The notes: generated from the letters alone by a model not told the origin. A DNA stretch of 64,000 nt from Candidatus Binatia bacterium (GCA_038245295.1 JBBRSP010000004.1:224001-288000), one strand, 5' to 3'. Shown: positions 30,119-39,713, counted from the stretch's first letter. Translations and numbers: made by a program.

Positions 30119-30334
30119 ATGGCTAAAGACGATCTGTTGCAGATTCCAGGCAAGGTTACCGAAATGATGGCGGGCGGCTATTTCCGCATCGCCGGGGATA
30201 ATGGACGCCAATTTGTGGCGAAGATCAGCGGGCGTTTGCGTCGCTTCCACATCAAGGTGATCCCGGGCGATCATGTCACCATCGCCGTTTCACCGTACGA
30301 TCCGACCCACGGCTTCATCGTCCACCGCGGCTAA
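30119..30334 (+). CDS. infA: Translation initiation factor IF-1
   Basis: MAKDD...ISGRLRRFHIKVIPGDHVTIAVSPYDPTHG; 71 aa; GGGAG upstream. Confidence 0.9.
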   Translation: MAKDDLLQIPGKVTEMMAGGYFRIAGDNGRQFVAKISGRLRRFHIKVIPGDHVTIAVSPYDPTHGFIVHRG

Positions 30335-30484
30335 CTCCCGCGCCCCACTCCCTCCGCTTCTTCTGCAAGTCGCGTTGATCGGCGCGCGGCCATAGGGCCG
30401 CGCACGCGCGCATTCGTGCGCCGTCGTTGAGAACATCCGCGGCGCTCTTGCCAAGACCGCCGCGAGATGGAATGCACCGCCGGC

Positions 30485-31900
30485 ATGGCAAAGGCAGAAA
30501 TTTGTGAGACCGCTCTTCAGGCAATCGCCGGCATCAGCGACGGCGCCTCCATCCTAGTTCATAGCTTCGGGCCGCCACAGGCGTGGCCCACCGACTGCCT
30601 GCTGGCGCTGGCGGAGCGCGGGGTCAAAGACCTGACGATCATCTGCAACACCCCCGCCGGCGGCCCTACCTCGCTCAACATCCTCGCCCCCAAGAAACAG
30701 ATCAAGAAGTTGATCTGCAGCTACGTCGGCTCACCATCGATGCCGAGCGAGCTCAGCGAAATGGTAAAGGCCGGCGAAATCGAGCTCGAGATGGTGCCGC
30801 AGGGTACACTGATCGAACGTGTGCGCGCCGGTGGTGCCGGGCTGGCGGGATTCTACACCCCGACCGGTGTCGGCACCGCGATGGCCAACGGCAAGGAAGA
30901 GCGCATCTTCGACGGTAAGCGGTATCTCTTCGAACGCGCCATCACCGCCGACTATGCCTTCCTGCAAGCGTACCAGGCCGACCCGATGGGTAACCTCACC
31001 TACCGCCGCGGCATGCGCAACTTTGCACCGGCCTTCGCCACCGCGGCAAAGACGACAATTGCCGAAGTGAAGGAGATCGTCGGCCTCGGCGACATCGATC
31101 CGGAAGCGGTCGTAACGCCGGGGGTGTTCGTCGATCGAATCGTCAAGACAACGACCCATCTCGACATCGGCGTCCTGCGGCAGATTCTCCTGATGATCGG
31201 CCGCACGACAGCCTCCGAGGGCCGCTCGACCGGCGACGGTGGACCGGTGGGAATTCCGCCCGACCTGATGGCCATGAAGGCCGCGGCGCTGCTGCGCCCG
31301 GGTGAATACGTCAACCTGGGCATCGGCTTACCGACTCAGGTCTCCAACTTCATCGAAGGGCGTGACGTCACGCTGCACTCGGAAAATGGCATTCTCGGCT
31401 ACGGCGGCTTCCCCGCCGAGGGCGACGAAGATATCGACCTCTACAACGCCAGCGGTCAGCTGGTGACGGCCACCCCCGGCACCTCCTACTTCGACTCGTC
31501 GGTGTCGTTCGCCATGGCACGTAACGGTCGGGTCTCGACCATCATTCTCGGCGCCTTCCAGGTGGCGCAGAATGGCGACCTCGCCAACTGGAGCACCCCG
31601 GCCGGCAGCGGCGGCATCGGCGGCGCCATGGATCTGGCCGCCGGCGGTGGACGTCTCATCGCGCTCTGCTTTCACTGCGAGAAAAACGGCACCTCCAAAC
31701 TGGTGGAGAAACTGACCTACCCAGCGACCGCTCTCGGTTGCGTCAAGTCGGTGATCACCGATCTCGCCTGGATCGACATCGAGGAAGGCCAGTTCATTCT
31801 GCGCGAGGTTGCGCCAGGCGTGAGTGTTGAGGACGTCAAGAGACTCACGGCCGCGCCGTTGCGCGTCGCCGCCGATGTGCGCGAGATGGAGTTCGCCTAG
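30485..31900 (+). CDS. Fused 3-oxoacid CoA-transferase (A and B subunits in one chain)
   Basis: PQGTLIERVRAGGAG, FYTPTGVGT, YVNLGIGLPT, HSENG (catalytic Glu), GGAMDL. Confidence 0.9.
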   Translation: MAKAEICETALQAIAGISDGASILVHSFGPPQAWPTDCLLALAERGVKDLTIICNTPAGGPTSLNILAPKKQIKKLICSYVGSPSMPSELSEMVKAGEIELEMVPQGTLIERVRAGGAGLAGFYTPTGVGTAMANGKEERIFDGKRYLFERAITADYAFLQAYQADPMGNLTYRRGMRNFAPAFATAAKTTIAEVKEIVGLGDIDPEAVVTPGVFVDRIVKTTTHLDIGVLRQILLMIGRTTASEGRSTGDGGPVGIPPDLMAMKAAALLRPGEYVNLGIGLPTQVSNFIEGRDVTLHSENGILGYGGFPAEGDEDIDLYNASGQLVTATPGTSYFDSSVSFAMARNGRVSTIILGAFQVAQNGDLANWSTPAGSGGIGGAMDLAAGGGRLIALCFHCEKNGTSKLVEKLTYPATALGCVKSVITDLAWIDIEEGQFILREVAPGVSVEDVKRLTAAPLRVAADVREMEFA

Positions 31901-31903
31901 CCC

Positions 31904-32944
31904 TTGCCCGATCCTCAGAAGCCCGTCCCAACACGTGCCCTGCGGAGCCGCCTCCTGCGTTGGTATGACGCCGAAGTGCGGCCGCTGCCGTGGCGGCGTG
32001 ATCGCAACTCCTACCGCGTCTGGGTCGCCGAGGTGATGCTGCAACAAACACGCATCGCCGTCGTCATTCCCGCCTTCGAGCGTTTCATCGCAGCCTTTCC
32101 GTCGATCGCCGTTCTTGCAAGCGCCGACGAGGAGCTCGTGTTGTCGCTGTGGTCCGGGCTCGGATACTACTCGCGAGCCCGCGCTCTACACCGCGCCGCG
32201 CGCCTACGGCACGGCGACGGTGCAGTCAATTTTCCGGACTCGTACGACGATGCACGCGCTTTGCCCGGAGTCGGCGGCTACACAGCCGCCGCCGTGTTAT
32301 CGATTGCCTATGGGCAACCGTACGCCGCCGTCGATGGCAACGTCGTGCGTGTTCTGTCGCGTCTGTTTCGCACGGCCGAATCGGCCGTCGCGCCCTACGA
32401 AGCGATGGCCCAGCGGCTACTCGATCGGCGCCGGCCGGGTGATTGGAACCAGGCGGTCATGGAGCTCGGCGAAACCATCTGCCTGCCGAAGACCCCACTC
32501 TGCGCGCAATGCCCGCTGGCCCGGTTCTGCCTGGCGCATCAGTTCGGAGAGACCGATCGGTTCCCCCCACCTCGGGCGCGTCTGCCGCGCCAGAAACTTG
32601 CGCTGCGCGTGTCGTTGCTGCGCGACTCGGCGGGTCGCCTGCTACTGCAACGCGGCCAGTTTCCATATCTCCCGCATCTATGGCTGCCGCCGATCGCGGT
32701 GTTGTCGCAGGGCCCAACACGCGTCGACTTTCGTCACGCGATCTTGCATCGCGACTTCGAAGTCGAGGTGTTCACCGGTCGTCTCGGAAAACCGCACCGA
32801 GCACTGCTCGGACAGGACAATGTGCGGCTGGTCGGGCCTGCAGAACTGCACAACCTCGGCCGCTCGTCGTTGCTGACCAAGGCGCTACGCCACGCGGATG
32901 CAACCAACCACCCACCACGGAGACTCGGAGACGCAGAGAACTGA
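31904..32944 (+). CDS. mutY: A/G-specific adenine glycosylase
   Basis: LPWR, EVMLQQT, WSGLGYYSRAR, LPGVGGYTAAA, DGNVVRV, 4Fe-4S C-x6-C-x2-C-x5-C. Confidence 0.92.
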   Translation: MPDPQKPVPTRALRSRLLRWYDAEVRPLPWRRDRNSYRVWVAEVMLQQTRIAVVIPAFERFIAAFPSIAVLASADEELVLSLWSGLGYYSRARALHRAARLRHGDGAVNFPDSYDDARALPGVGGYTAAAVLSIAYGQPYAAVDGNVVRVLSRLFRTAESAVAPYEAMAQRLLDRRRPGDWNQAVMELGETICLPKTPLCAQCPLARFCLAHQFGETDRFPPPRARLPRQKLALRVSLLRDSAGRLLLQRGQFPYLPHLWLPPIAVLSQGPTRVDFRHAILHRDFEVEVFTGRLGKPHRALLGQDNVRLVGPAELHNLGRSSLLTKALRHADATNHPPRRLGDAEN

Positions 32945-33003
32945 GGAGTTTCAGTGGTTTTCGAGAAATGCCGGGCTCCGTTCTTCTCCGAGCCTCCGTG
33001 GTG
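32912..33003. repeat. CACCACGGAG...CTCCGTGGTG long hairpin between convergent genes
   Basis: CACCACGGAGACTCGGAGA pairs with TCTCCGAGCCTCCGTGGTG; overlaps the mutY 3' end. Confidence 0.6.
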
Positions 33004-33022
33004 AGTCGTTACCAGCGAGGCC

Positions 33023-33484
33023 TCACTCCACTTCCAGAATCATCTCGATCTCGACCGCAATATCGAAGGGCAGCTCCGCCATGCCGACAGCAGAGCGCGT
33101 GTGGCGGCCGGCGTCGCCAAAGACTTCGACCAGAAGGTCCGAGCAGCCGTCGATTACCTGAGGCGTGCGATTGAACCCCGCGGCGCAGTTCACCATCCCG
33201 AATACCTTGATGACCTGGCGCACGCGATCGAGTGTCCCAAGCTCGGCACGCACGGTCGCCAACATCGACAACCCAGTGGCGCGCGCCGCTTGATACGCGT
33301 CGTCGAGCGACACGGTACCACCCACCTTGCCATGCAACGTCCCCGATGCGGTAACCGGGCCGTGCCCGCCGACATACAGAAGATTGCCACTGCGCTTGCA
33401 ACCAAGGTAGTTGGCAACCGGTCGCGAGACAGGCGGCAACACAATGCCACGCTGCTGTAGTGACTCGTCCACTCCGACAGACAT
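33023..33484 (-). CDS. RidA/YjgF family protein
   Basis: PVANY, GKVGG, KVFGMVN, IDGCSDLL, GRHTRSAVGMAELP; the longer track ORF reads into repeat DNA. Confidence 0.9.
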   Translation of the reverse strand: MSVGVDESLQQRGIVLPPVSRPVANYLGCKRSGNLLYVGGHGPVTASGTLHGKVGGTVSLDDAYQAARATGLSMLATVRAELGTLDRVRQVIKVFGMVNCAAGFNRTPQVIDGCSDLLVEVFGDAGRHTRSAVGMAELPFDIAVEIEMILEVE

Positions 33485-33575
33485 TGAAGTGCCCTCCCCG
33501 ACTCTCCCTCTACCTCCAATGTCGTTAAGTTTGCGAGGGTGGGGGCCAATGCAGAGCCTCGTCATACCGGCGGAG

Positions 33576-33898
33576 GAGACTGTCGATTTTCTCTGATTCA
33601 TCGTTTGAAGCAGCGCGAACACCCCGTCATACCGGCGAAAGCCGGTATCTCGCCAGCTTTCGAGGCTTCCAGCACTGGGAGATCCCGGTTTTCGAGTCTG
33701 TCGACTTTCTCTGATTCATCGTTTGAAACTGCGCAAACACCTCCGTCATACCGGCGAAAGCCGGTATCTCCCCAGCATTTTTGGCCTTCCACTCGAGGAG
33801 ATCCCGGCTTTCGCCGGGATGACGTTGCTTCATTTCAGTTTATCGACAGTCTCAAAAGCCGGGATGACGTTGCTTCATTTCAGTTTATCGACAGTCTC
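33576..33898. mobile_element. Nested family A MITEs (outer 33576-33898, inner 33694-33853)
   Basis: GAGACTGTCGA...TCGACAGTCTC outer termini with GGAG on both flanks; inner GAGTCTGTCGA...TCGACAGTCTC; each unit about 160 bp. Confidence 0.8.
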
Positions 33899-34036
33899 GG
33901 AGGCCGGTATCCAGAGATGGAACCGAAGCACAGATCGCAGATCGCCCGCGAGTGTGTCGTTTGCACGATGGGCATTCACACGCATGGCCTCTGCGCCCTC
34001 TGCCCCTCTGCGGTGAAGTCTTTTGTCACACTGGAG

Positions 34037-35200
34037 CTAACTCGCCTTCTTGATCTCCTTGGCCTGTTGCTCCTCGGCGTGGCGCGAGATCTGCGTCATG
34101 ATCGCCTGCATGGCGGCGCCGATGAAGGTTTGGCGATTCTCCGCTGCCCAGTCGCGTGATTGCTCCGTGCCTTCGAGCGAGCCCTGGAACTTTGGTGCGA
34201 CGTAGCGCGCGATCAGCTCGTAGCTCTTCATCGTCGCTTCGCGGTCGGCCCATTCATGGGCCATCTGCAGGAAGCAGCCGAAGCCACCCGACTGCTCTTT
34301 GAGGCGCTCGACCTGAGCGATGGCGTCGTTGACGTCGCCGATGACGGCAAGGCCGCTGTTGATCATCGCATCGACGGCATCTTCGATTGGGCCTTCCGGC
34401 GCCAGCGGCAGCGCCGCGACGCGGCGGAAGTAGTCGAGCCAGGCTGCCAGGCCGAACTTCACATTCTCGCGCGCTTTCTCACGCGTCTCGGCAATATGCA
34501 CCGGCGCCACCAGGCGCCAATTGTTGCGGTCGATGGTTTGGCCGTGCTCCGCCGCCTTGCCTTCGCAGATCGCCCAGTTGGCGCCGAGCGCGTTGAACCC
34601 ACCGGTGGTCGTGGCTCCCACCGACAACATGCTGAGACCATACTTGCCGGCGGCGCGCGCACCCGCTGGGGAGACTTGCGACGCGACGGCGATTTCGATG
34701 CCAGGCCGCGAATAGGCGCGTAGCTGCAGGCGTGCGTCACGCAGCTTGAACCATGAGGTCTCCATGTTGACCGTCTCGCCGCGCAGCAACGGCACCAGAG
34801 CGGCGATTGCCTCGTCCATCATGTCGCGCTGCTTCTCGACTTCGATGCCCATCATGAACGCGTCGGACGGCAACGCCCCGGGACCGACGCCGAACATCAC
34901 GCGCCCACGCGTAATATGATCGAGTTGCAGGATGCGATCGGCAACCATCAACGGATGATGGTACGGCAGCGACACGACACCGGTGCCGAAACGAATGTGC
35001 TTGGTGCGCTCGGCCGCGGCGGCAATGAAGATCTCCGGCGACGCGATGATCTCGTAGCCACCCGAGTGATGCTCGCCGATCCAGGCCTCGTCGTACCCCA
35101 GCTTGTCGAGCCACTCGATCAACTCGAAATCGCGGTGCAACGACAGAGTCGGATTGTTGTCGACGGGATGGAACGGGGCCATGAAAATGCCGAAGCGCAT
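34037..35200 (-). CDS. LLM-class flavin-dependent monooxygenase (limonene 1,2-monooxygenase-like)
   Basis: MRFGIFMAPFH, WIGEHHSGG, GVGPGALPSDA. Confidence 0.9.
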   Translation of the reverse strand: MRFGIFMAPFHPVDNNPTLSLHRDFELIEWLDKLGYDEAWIGEHHSGGYEIIASPEIFIAAAAERTKHIRFGTGVVSLPYHHPLMVADRILQLDHITRGRVMFGVGPGALPSDAFMMGIEVEKQRDMMDEAIAALVPLLRGETVNMETSWFKLRDARLQLRAYSRPGIEIAVASQVSPAGARAAGKYGLSMLSVGATTTGGFNALGANWAICEGKAAEHGQTIDRNNWRLVAPVHIAETREKARENVKFGLAAWLDYFRRVAALPLAPEGPIEDAVDAMINSGLAVIGDVNDAIAQVERLKEQSGGFGCFLQMAHEWADREATMKSYELIARYVAPKFQGSLEGTEQSRDWAAENRQTFIGAAMQAIMTQISRHAEEQQAKEIKKAS

Positions 35201-35374
35201 TCGAAATCTCCTTTGTACGAGCTTCGGTCTTGTAAGGGGCAACCTCGGCTAGAGCAAGGGTGGGCGCCTCCAGGATTGCTGCCCCCAGGCCGCTTAGCGG
35301 AGTACGCCGCAGGCCAAGGCCTGCGGCAGCTCAGCGTAGCGAGCAGACGCCGCCGAAAAGCAGCGACTCAAACG

Positions 35375-35495
35375 TCAGCCCATAAAGAACGCGTCCAACT
35401 TGTTGCCGTCCAGGTCGCGGAAATAGCCCGCATAAAACCCATCGCCGCGCGGCCCCGGCGCGCCTTCGTCCTTGCCGCCGAGCTCCAGCGCTTTA
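35375..35495 (-). pseudogene. C-terminal fragment of a VOC/glyoxalase family gene
   Basis: Manual translation KALELGGKDEGAPGPRGDGFYAGYFRDLDGNKLDAFFMG*; no start or N-terminal half. Confidence 0.7.
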
Positions 35496-35509
35496 AGGAG
35501 GATCGAATC

Positions 35510-36136
35510 TCACGCCGCTGCACTCGGGCGCGCGGATACACGTTCATGCCAGACCTGGAGCGCCGCGCATTCCGCGGGAATCGCGATGTCGATGAACTTG
35601 GCGAAATCGAGAATGGTAAGGGCGACGATGTCGGCCATCGTATAGGTCTCGCCGACGATGAACGAGCCGTGAACGATCTCGCGGTCGAGCCAACGCATCA
35701 TCTCGACGCAGCGGCGCTTATTGTCCTCGCCCCAATCTTTGTAACGCGTCACGCCGGCCGCCTTGGTCCATTCGACCGTCAGCGGATGCAGGTTGATCCA
35801 CACCTGACCGAGCGGCACACCAACCCGCAAGTCGAGGCGCCGGATCCACATGTCGACATGCGCCTGCTCGACCGCGGTGCGGCCGAACAACGGCGGCTGC
35901 GGGTGCAACGCTTCGAAGTAGCGACAGATCGCCACACTCTCCGAGATCGTCGTGCCGTCGTCGAGCTCGAGCACCGGCAACTGGCCGAGCGAGTTCTTGG
36001 CGAGGAACTCCTGCGTCTTGTGCTCGCGCTTGAAGAGCGACACGTGCACCAACGGCACGGAGATTCCCTTCTCGGCCAGGAAGATGCGCACCCGGCGCGG
36101 GTTCGGAGCCGGATTTGCCTCGTCGTAAAGTTTCAT
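35510..36136 (-). CDS. Glutathione S-transferase family protein
   Basis: APNPRRVRIFLAEKG, LPVLELDDG, SESVAICRY, YTMADI. Confidence 0.92.
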   Translation of the reverse strand: MKLYDEANPAPNPRRVRIFLAEKGISVPLVHVSLFKREHKTQEFLAKNSLGQLPVLELDDGTTISESVAICRYFEALHPQPPLFGRTAVEQAHVDMWIRRLDLRVGVPLGQVWINLHPLTVEWTKAAGVTRYKDWGEDNKRRCVEMMRWLDREIVHGSFIVGETYTMADIVALTILDFAKFIDIAIPAECAALQVWHERVSARPSAAA

Positions 36137-36236
36137 CGTGGCCCAGCGCTATCCGAGCCGCCGGCACGTTGCAAACGCCAGGGTGAGATGGATCCCCGAT
36201 TGCCTGAAGGGCGCCCTTCTCTATCCTGCGGCGCCA

Positions 36237-37124
36237 ATGGCTCAACCCACCGAACGCCGCCTCACCGCCAACGGCCTTCACCTCACGGTCTTCGAATGGC
36301 ATCGCGACAAACGCGACGCCGCCGCACCCATCGTCCTGGCGCACGCCACCGGCTTCCACGCGCGCTGCTGGGATGAAGTGATCCGCCGCCTCGGTGAGCG
36401 CTACATCGTCGCCGTCGACCAGCGCGGCCACGGCCGCAGCGACAAGGTCTACCCGGTGCACTGGCGCGATTTCGGACTCGATCTGGCGGCTGTCGTCGGA
36501 GCGCTCGATCTGCGCGACATCATCGGCGTCGGGCACTCGATGGGCGGCCACGCCACCGTGCAAGCGGCGGCCTATCAGCCGGCGCGCTTTCGGCGCCTGA
36601 TCCTCATCGACCCGGTGATCGCCTCACCTGAGATGTACGCCAGCGGCGGCCCCATCGCGTCGTTGCCCGAGGGCGTGACGCATCCAACCGCGAAGCGACG
36701 CAATCAGTGGACCAGCGCCGACGAAATGTTTGAGCGCTTTGCCGACCGTGTTCCGTTCGCGACGTGGAATCGCCAGGTGCTGCGTGACTACTGCGATTAC
36801 GGTCTGCTGCCGAATCCCGAAGGCCCGGGCCTCGTTCTCGCCTGCCCGCCGGCGTTCGAGGCTGCCGTCTACATGGCCAGCGCCGGGAACGGCGCCGTGT
36901 ATGACAGCGTGCGCGCCGTCAACGTACCGGTCTTTGTCGTGCGCGCCATGGCGCCGCGCGCCGATCGCGACATCATGGACTTCCGCTATTCGCCGACCTG
37001 GCCCGAGCTCGCCAAGCAGTTCCGTCACGGTCGCGAGCTGCATCTCCCCGAGCGCACCCACTTCCTACCGATGGAAGATCCGGGGATGGTCGCAGAGTTG
37101 ATCAACGAACCCAGCGCGTCCTAG
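36237..37124 (+). CDS. Alpha/beta hydrolase
   Basis: HATGF, DQRGHGRS, GHSMGG, THFLPME. Confidence 0.9.
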   Translation: MAQPTERRLTANGLHLTVFEWHRDKRDAAAPIVLAHATGFHARCWDEVIRRLGERYIVAVDQRGHGRSDKVYPVHWRDFGLDLAAVVGALDLRDIIGVGHSMGGHATVQAAAYQPARFRRLILIDPVIASPEMYASGGPIASLPEGVTHPTAKRRNQWTSADEMFERFADRVPFATWNRQVLRDYCDYGLLPNPEGPGLVLACPPAFEAAVYMASAGNGAVYDSVRAVNVPVFVVRAMAPRADRDIMDFRYSPTWPELAKQFRHGRELHLPERTHFLPMEDPGMVAELINEPSAS

Positions 37125-37243
37125 AGAAGCCCGAGCCAACCCGAACCCTGCACCCCGCACCCCGCACCCAAAAGGTTCTCGCCCGGTTGTGCCTAAAAGC
37201 GAAAAGGGACCGGCCGTCTCCAGCCGATCCCTTCTTGTTGGAC

Positions 37244-37789
37244 TCAATCCATACCCAACAGCTGCCGCCCCTCGGGCGAGATCATCTGCGGGTTCCATGG
37301 TGGATCCCAGACGATATCGACTTCGGCATCTTCGACACCGGCGACACCAAGGATCTTCTGGCGCGCGTCCTGGGCGATGACGCCGCCCATGCCGCAGCCA
37401 GGAGCCGTGAGGGTCATCTTGACCTCGACCCGGTTGCCGCCTTCGGTGCCGGCGAGCACCTGCATGTCGTAGACAAGACCGAGATCGACGATGTTCACCG
37501 GGATCTCCGGGTCGTAGACGGTCTTCAGTTGGGTCCACACCTGCGACTCGACGTCACCCGATTCCGCTTCGGCGCTCTGGTCACCCGGCTCGATCTCCTT
37601 GCCGATCGCGTCGGCATTGAGACGATCGATACGGTAGAGACCGCCGAGGGTGGTGACACGCAGCGTATAGGTGCCACCGAGCGACTGGGTGATGTAGGCC
37701 TGCGTGCCTTTGGTCAGAGTGACCTTGTGGCCGGCAGGGATTTCCACCGCATCGCAATCGCGCTGTAGTTCTACTTGTTCACCGCTCAT
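37244..37789 (-). CDS. sufT: Fe-S cluster assembly protein SufT (DUF59)
   Basis: RDCDAVEIP, TQSLGGTYT, YDPEIPVNIVDLGLVY, MTLTAPGCGMG, WDPPW. Confidence 0.88.
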   Translation of the reverse strand: MSGEQVELQRDCDAVEIPAGHKVTLTKGTQAYITQSLGGTYTLRVTTLGGLYRIDRLNADAIGKEIEPGDQSAEAESGDVESQVWTQLKTVYDPEIPVNIVDLGLVYDMQVLAGTEGGNRVEVKMTLTAPGCGMGGVIAQDARQKILGVAGVEDAEVDIVWDPPWNPQMISPEGRQLLGMD

Positions 37790-37867
37790 AGGAGCCTCCG
37801 CTCATTGGCGCACGATCGATACCGCGCCACTCGCGAATGTAGCCGATGAAGTCGTGGCGACAAGGCG

Positions 37868-38068
37868 TCAGATGTTCTTCGCCTTGGGTGGGGCATTACG
37901 CTTCCACCACGGTGCGCCGACCTGCTCGTACTTGGCGGCGGTCTTGGTCGCCGGCTTGCGGGCGGCGGGCTTGGCGGCCTTGATGGATGACTTCTTGGCG
38001 GGAGCCTTCTTGGCAGCCGCCTGCTTGGCAGGCGCTTTCTTCGCAGATGACTTCTTCGCGACGGGCAT
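37868..38068 (-). CDS. Small Lys/Ala-rich (histone H1-like) protein
   Basis: GGAGG upstream; AKKAPAKK repeats; 66 aa. Confidence 0.65.
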   Translation of the reverse strand: MPVAKKSSAKKAPAKQAAAKKAPAKKSSIKAAKPAARKPATKTAAKYEQVGAPWWKRNAPPKAKNI

Positions 38069-38179
38069 ACGTTCTCGAACCTCCAGTAAGATGTTGTGCT
38101 GAGACAACCCAGCGGCCGCATACATCACTGGAACGCAGCGGCACTGCAAGGCCTTCTCTCAAGGTTGAGCCCATCACCT

Positions 38180-38280
38180 CCTGCCTGTTGCCTGTTGCCT
38201 CTGCCCGCTGCCGAACTGCACTGTCGGGAAGCCTGAGGCAAGAGGCAGAAGGCACAAGGCAAAAGGCAACAGGTAGAAGG
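38180..38280. repeat. Heptamer-repeat hairpin (TGCCTGT)n/(AGGCANN)n
   Basis: CTGCCTGTTGCCTGTTGCCT ... AGGCAGAAGGCACAAGGCAAAAGGCAACAGG; related tract at 49716-49772. Confidence 0.6.
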
Positions 38281-38293
38281 GCTAGGAAGTCCG

Positions 38294-39355
38294 CTAGGGC
38301 CACGGATACTCCACCAGCAGCGCCACAAACCGCGCCGTGTTCAATCCGTAGCGTCGAGTGATCGTATCCAGGATACGATCGAGCGCCTGGCCCGGCCCGA
38401 CGTCAACCGGCACGGGAATCTCTGTTGCCGGCGCCGCGTCGGGCTGGCGATCCGGAACAATCGTCAGACCGCGTTTGCTGCGGATCGTAGCACCGCGGCC
38501 GACCGTGTAGGCGCTCGTGCGATAGGTACGCCCAAGCGCGTCGACGGTGAAGCTCAAGCTGATCTCATCGACGTTCGTGTCGATTGGCACAGCGACAGAT
38601 TCCCAGCGCCAGAACTGCAACCAGTTTGAAGCGGCGGTGGCGACATGACGCGCCGTCAAGTGGAAGTCGGCGCTGTGGTGAGCGGCAGACCAGCTCGACA
38701 CACCGAGCTCGTGAGCCAGAGCCGTGGCGCGCTCGCGGCCGGCGATCCGTTCGACCAGGGCAAGCGAGACAGGTAACGACGCGGTGACACCCGTGGTGGT
38801 GATCAGATGATCGTCCTCGACATAACGCCGGTCGTTGATCCATTGGGTGTGCGGATACTGCTTGGCCAGACTGCTGCGTGAATACCAATGGCCGGTGGCG
38901 GAGCGATTCTCGAGCAACCCGGCTTTGCCAACCACCCAGGCACCGTCACAGATGCCGACCGTGGTCGCATGAAGGGCGGCTTGCTTTTGCAGCCAGGCGA
39001 TCAAGACCGGATTGTCGGCATGATGCATGGCGGGAACGATCACGTAGTCGGCACCGCCGGGATGTTTGGCATCGAAGGAGTCGATTGTCTCCTTGGCGAC
39101 GATGGTCAGGCCCGGCATCAGGATCAGCGGCCCGGCATGCACCGAGACGTCAACGACGTCGGCAACACCAGACGCGGTCAGCACGCCATAGGGAATGATG
39201 AAGTCGGTGGTCTCCGTCCCATCGTTGTCGCCAATGATGGCAATCAGGGGCCGATGTGCGCCGCCGACGTCCTGCGCCCGAACCGAATGGCCGAGGCAAC
39301 CAAGCAGCAGCGCCGCACCACCAACTGCCGCGCACAAAGAGCGTATCGCTTTCAT
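38294..39355 (-). CDS. Secreted DJ-1/PfpI family protein
   Basis: Signal peptide; GTETTDF, GICDGAW, ATGHW, TTTGVTAS. Confidence 0.85.
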   Translation of the reverse strand: MKAIRSLCAAVGGAALLLGCLGHSVRAQDVGGAHRPLIAIIGDNDGTETTDFIIPYGVLTASGVADVVDVSVHAGPLILMPGLTIVAKETIDSFDAKHPGGADYVIVPAMHHADNPVLIAWLQKQAALHATTVGICDGAWVVGKAGLLENRSATGHWYSRSSLAKQYPHTQWINDRRYVEDDHLITTTGVTASLPVSLALVERIAGRERATALAHELGVSSWSAAHHSADFHLTARHVATAASNWLQFWRWESVAVPIDTNVDEISLSFTVDALGRTYRTSAYTVGRGATIRSKRGLTIVPDRQPDAAPATEIPVPVDVGPGQALDRILDTITRRYGLNTARFVALLVEYPWP

Positions 39356-39488
39356 CGCGATCATTCTTACCAGGGCTTCACCCATGTCCGTGAGGACGGC
39401 GTCACGGCAATTCCTGCCATCCACCGACTCCCGCACCCCGTACCCCGCACCCTGTACCCTGCCAGAATTTCGCGCTACTCAGAAACCC

Positions 39489-39713
39489 ATGCGGAACCCC
39501 GGCACCGCGGCCGTGCTGAGCGCCGTCATCCCCGGGCTCGGACAGGTCTACAACGGCAAGATCTGGCGCGGCATCTTCTGGTTCATCGTCACGCCAGGGT
39601 TATGGATCGGCAGCGGCGGCCTACTCGGCTGGCTCTGCCACGTCATCGCCGCCTGGACCGCCTACCAGTACGCCGTCACCAACCCCGATCCGCATGCACC
39701 CGAGCTGAGGTAA
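39489..39713 (+). CDS. Small membrane protein (TM2/DUF5683-like)
   Basis: NPGTAAVLSAVIPGLGQVYNG motif followed by hydrophobic helices. Confidence 0.8.
   Translation: MRNPGTAAVLSAVIPGLGQVYNGKIWRGIFWFIVTPGLWIGSGGLLGWLCHVIAAWTAYQYAVTNPDPHAPELR

Noticed and set aside
33539..34159. ORFs spanning the repeat cluster (206 aa and shorter)
   Set aside because: Translations of palindromic repeat DNA (HPVIPAKAGIS-type), not genes
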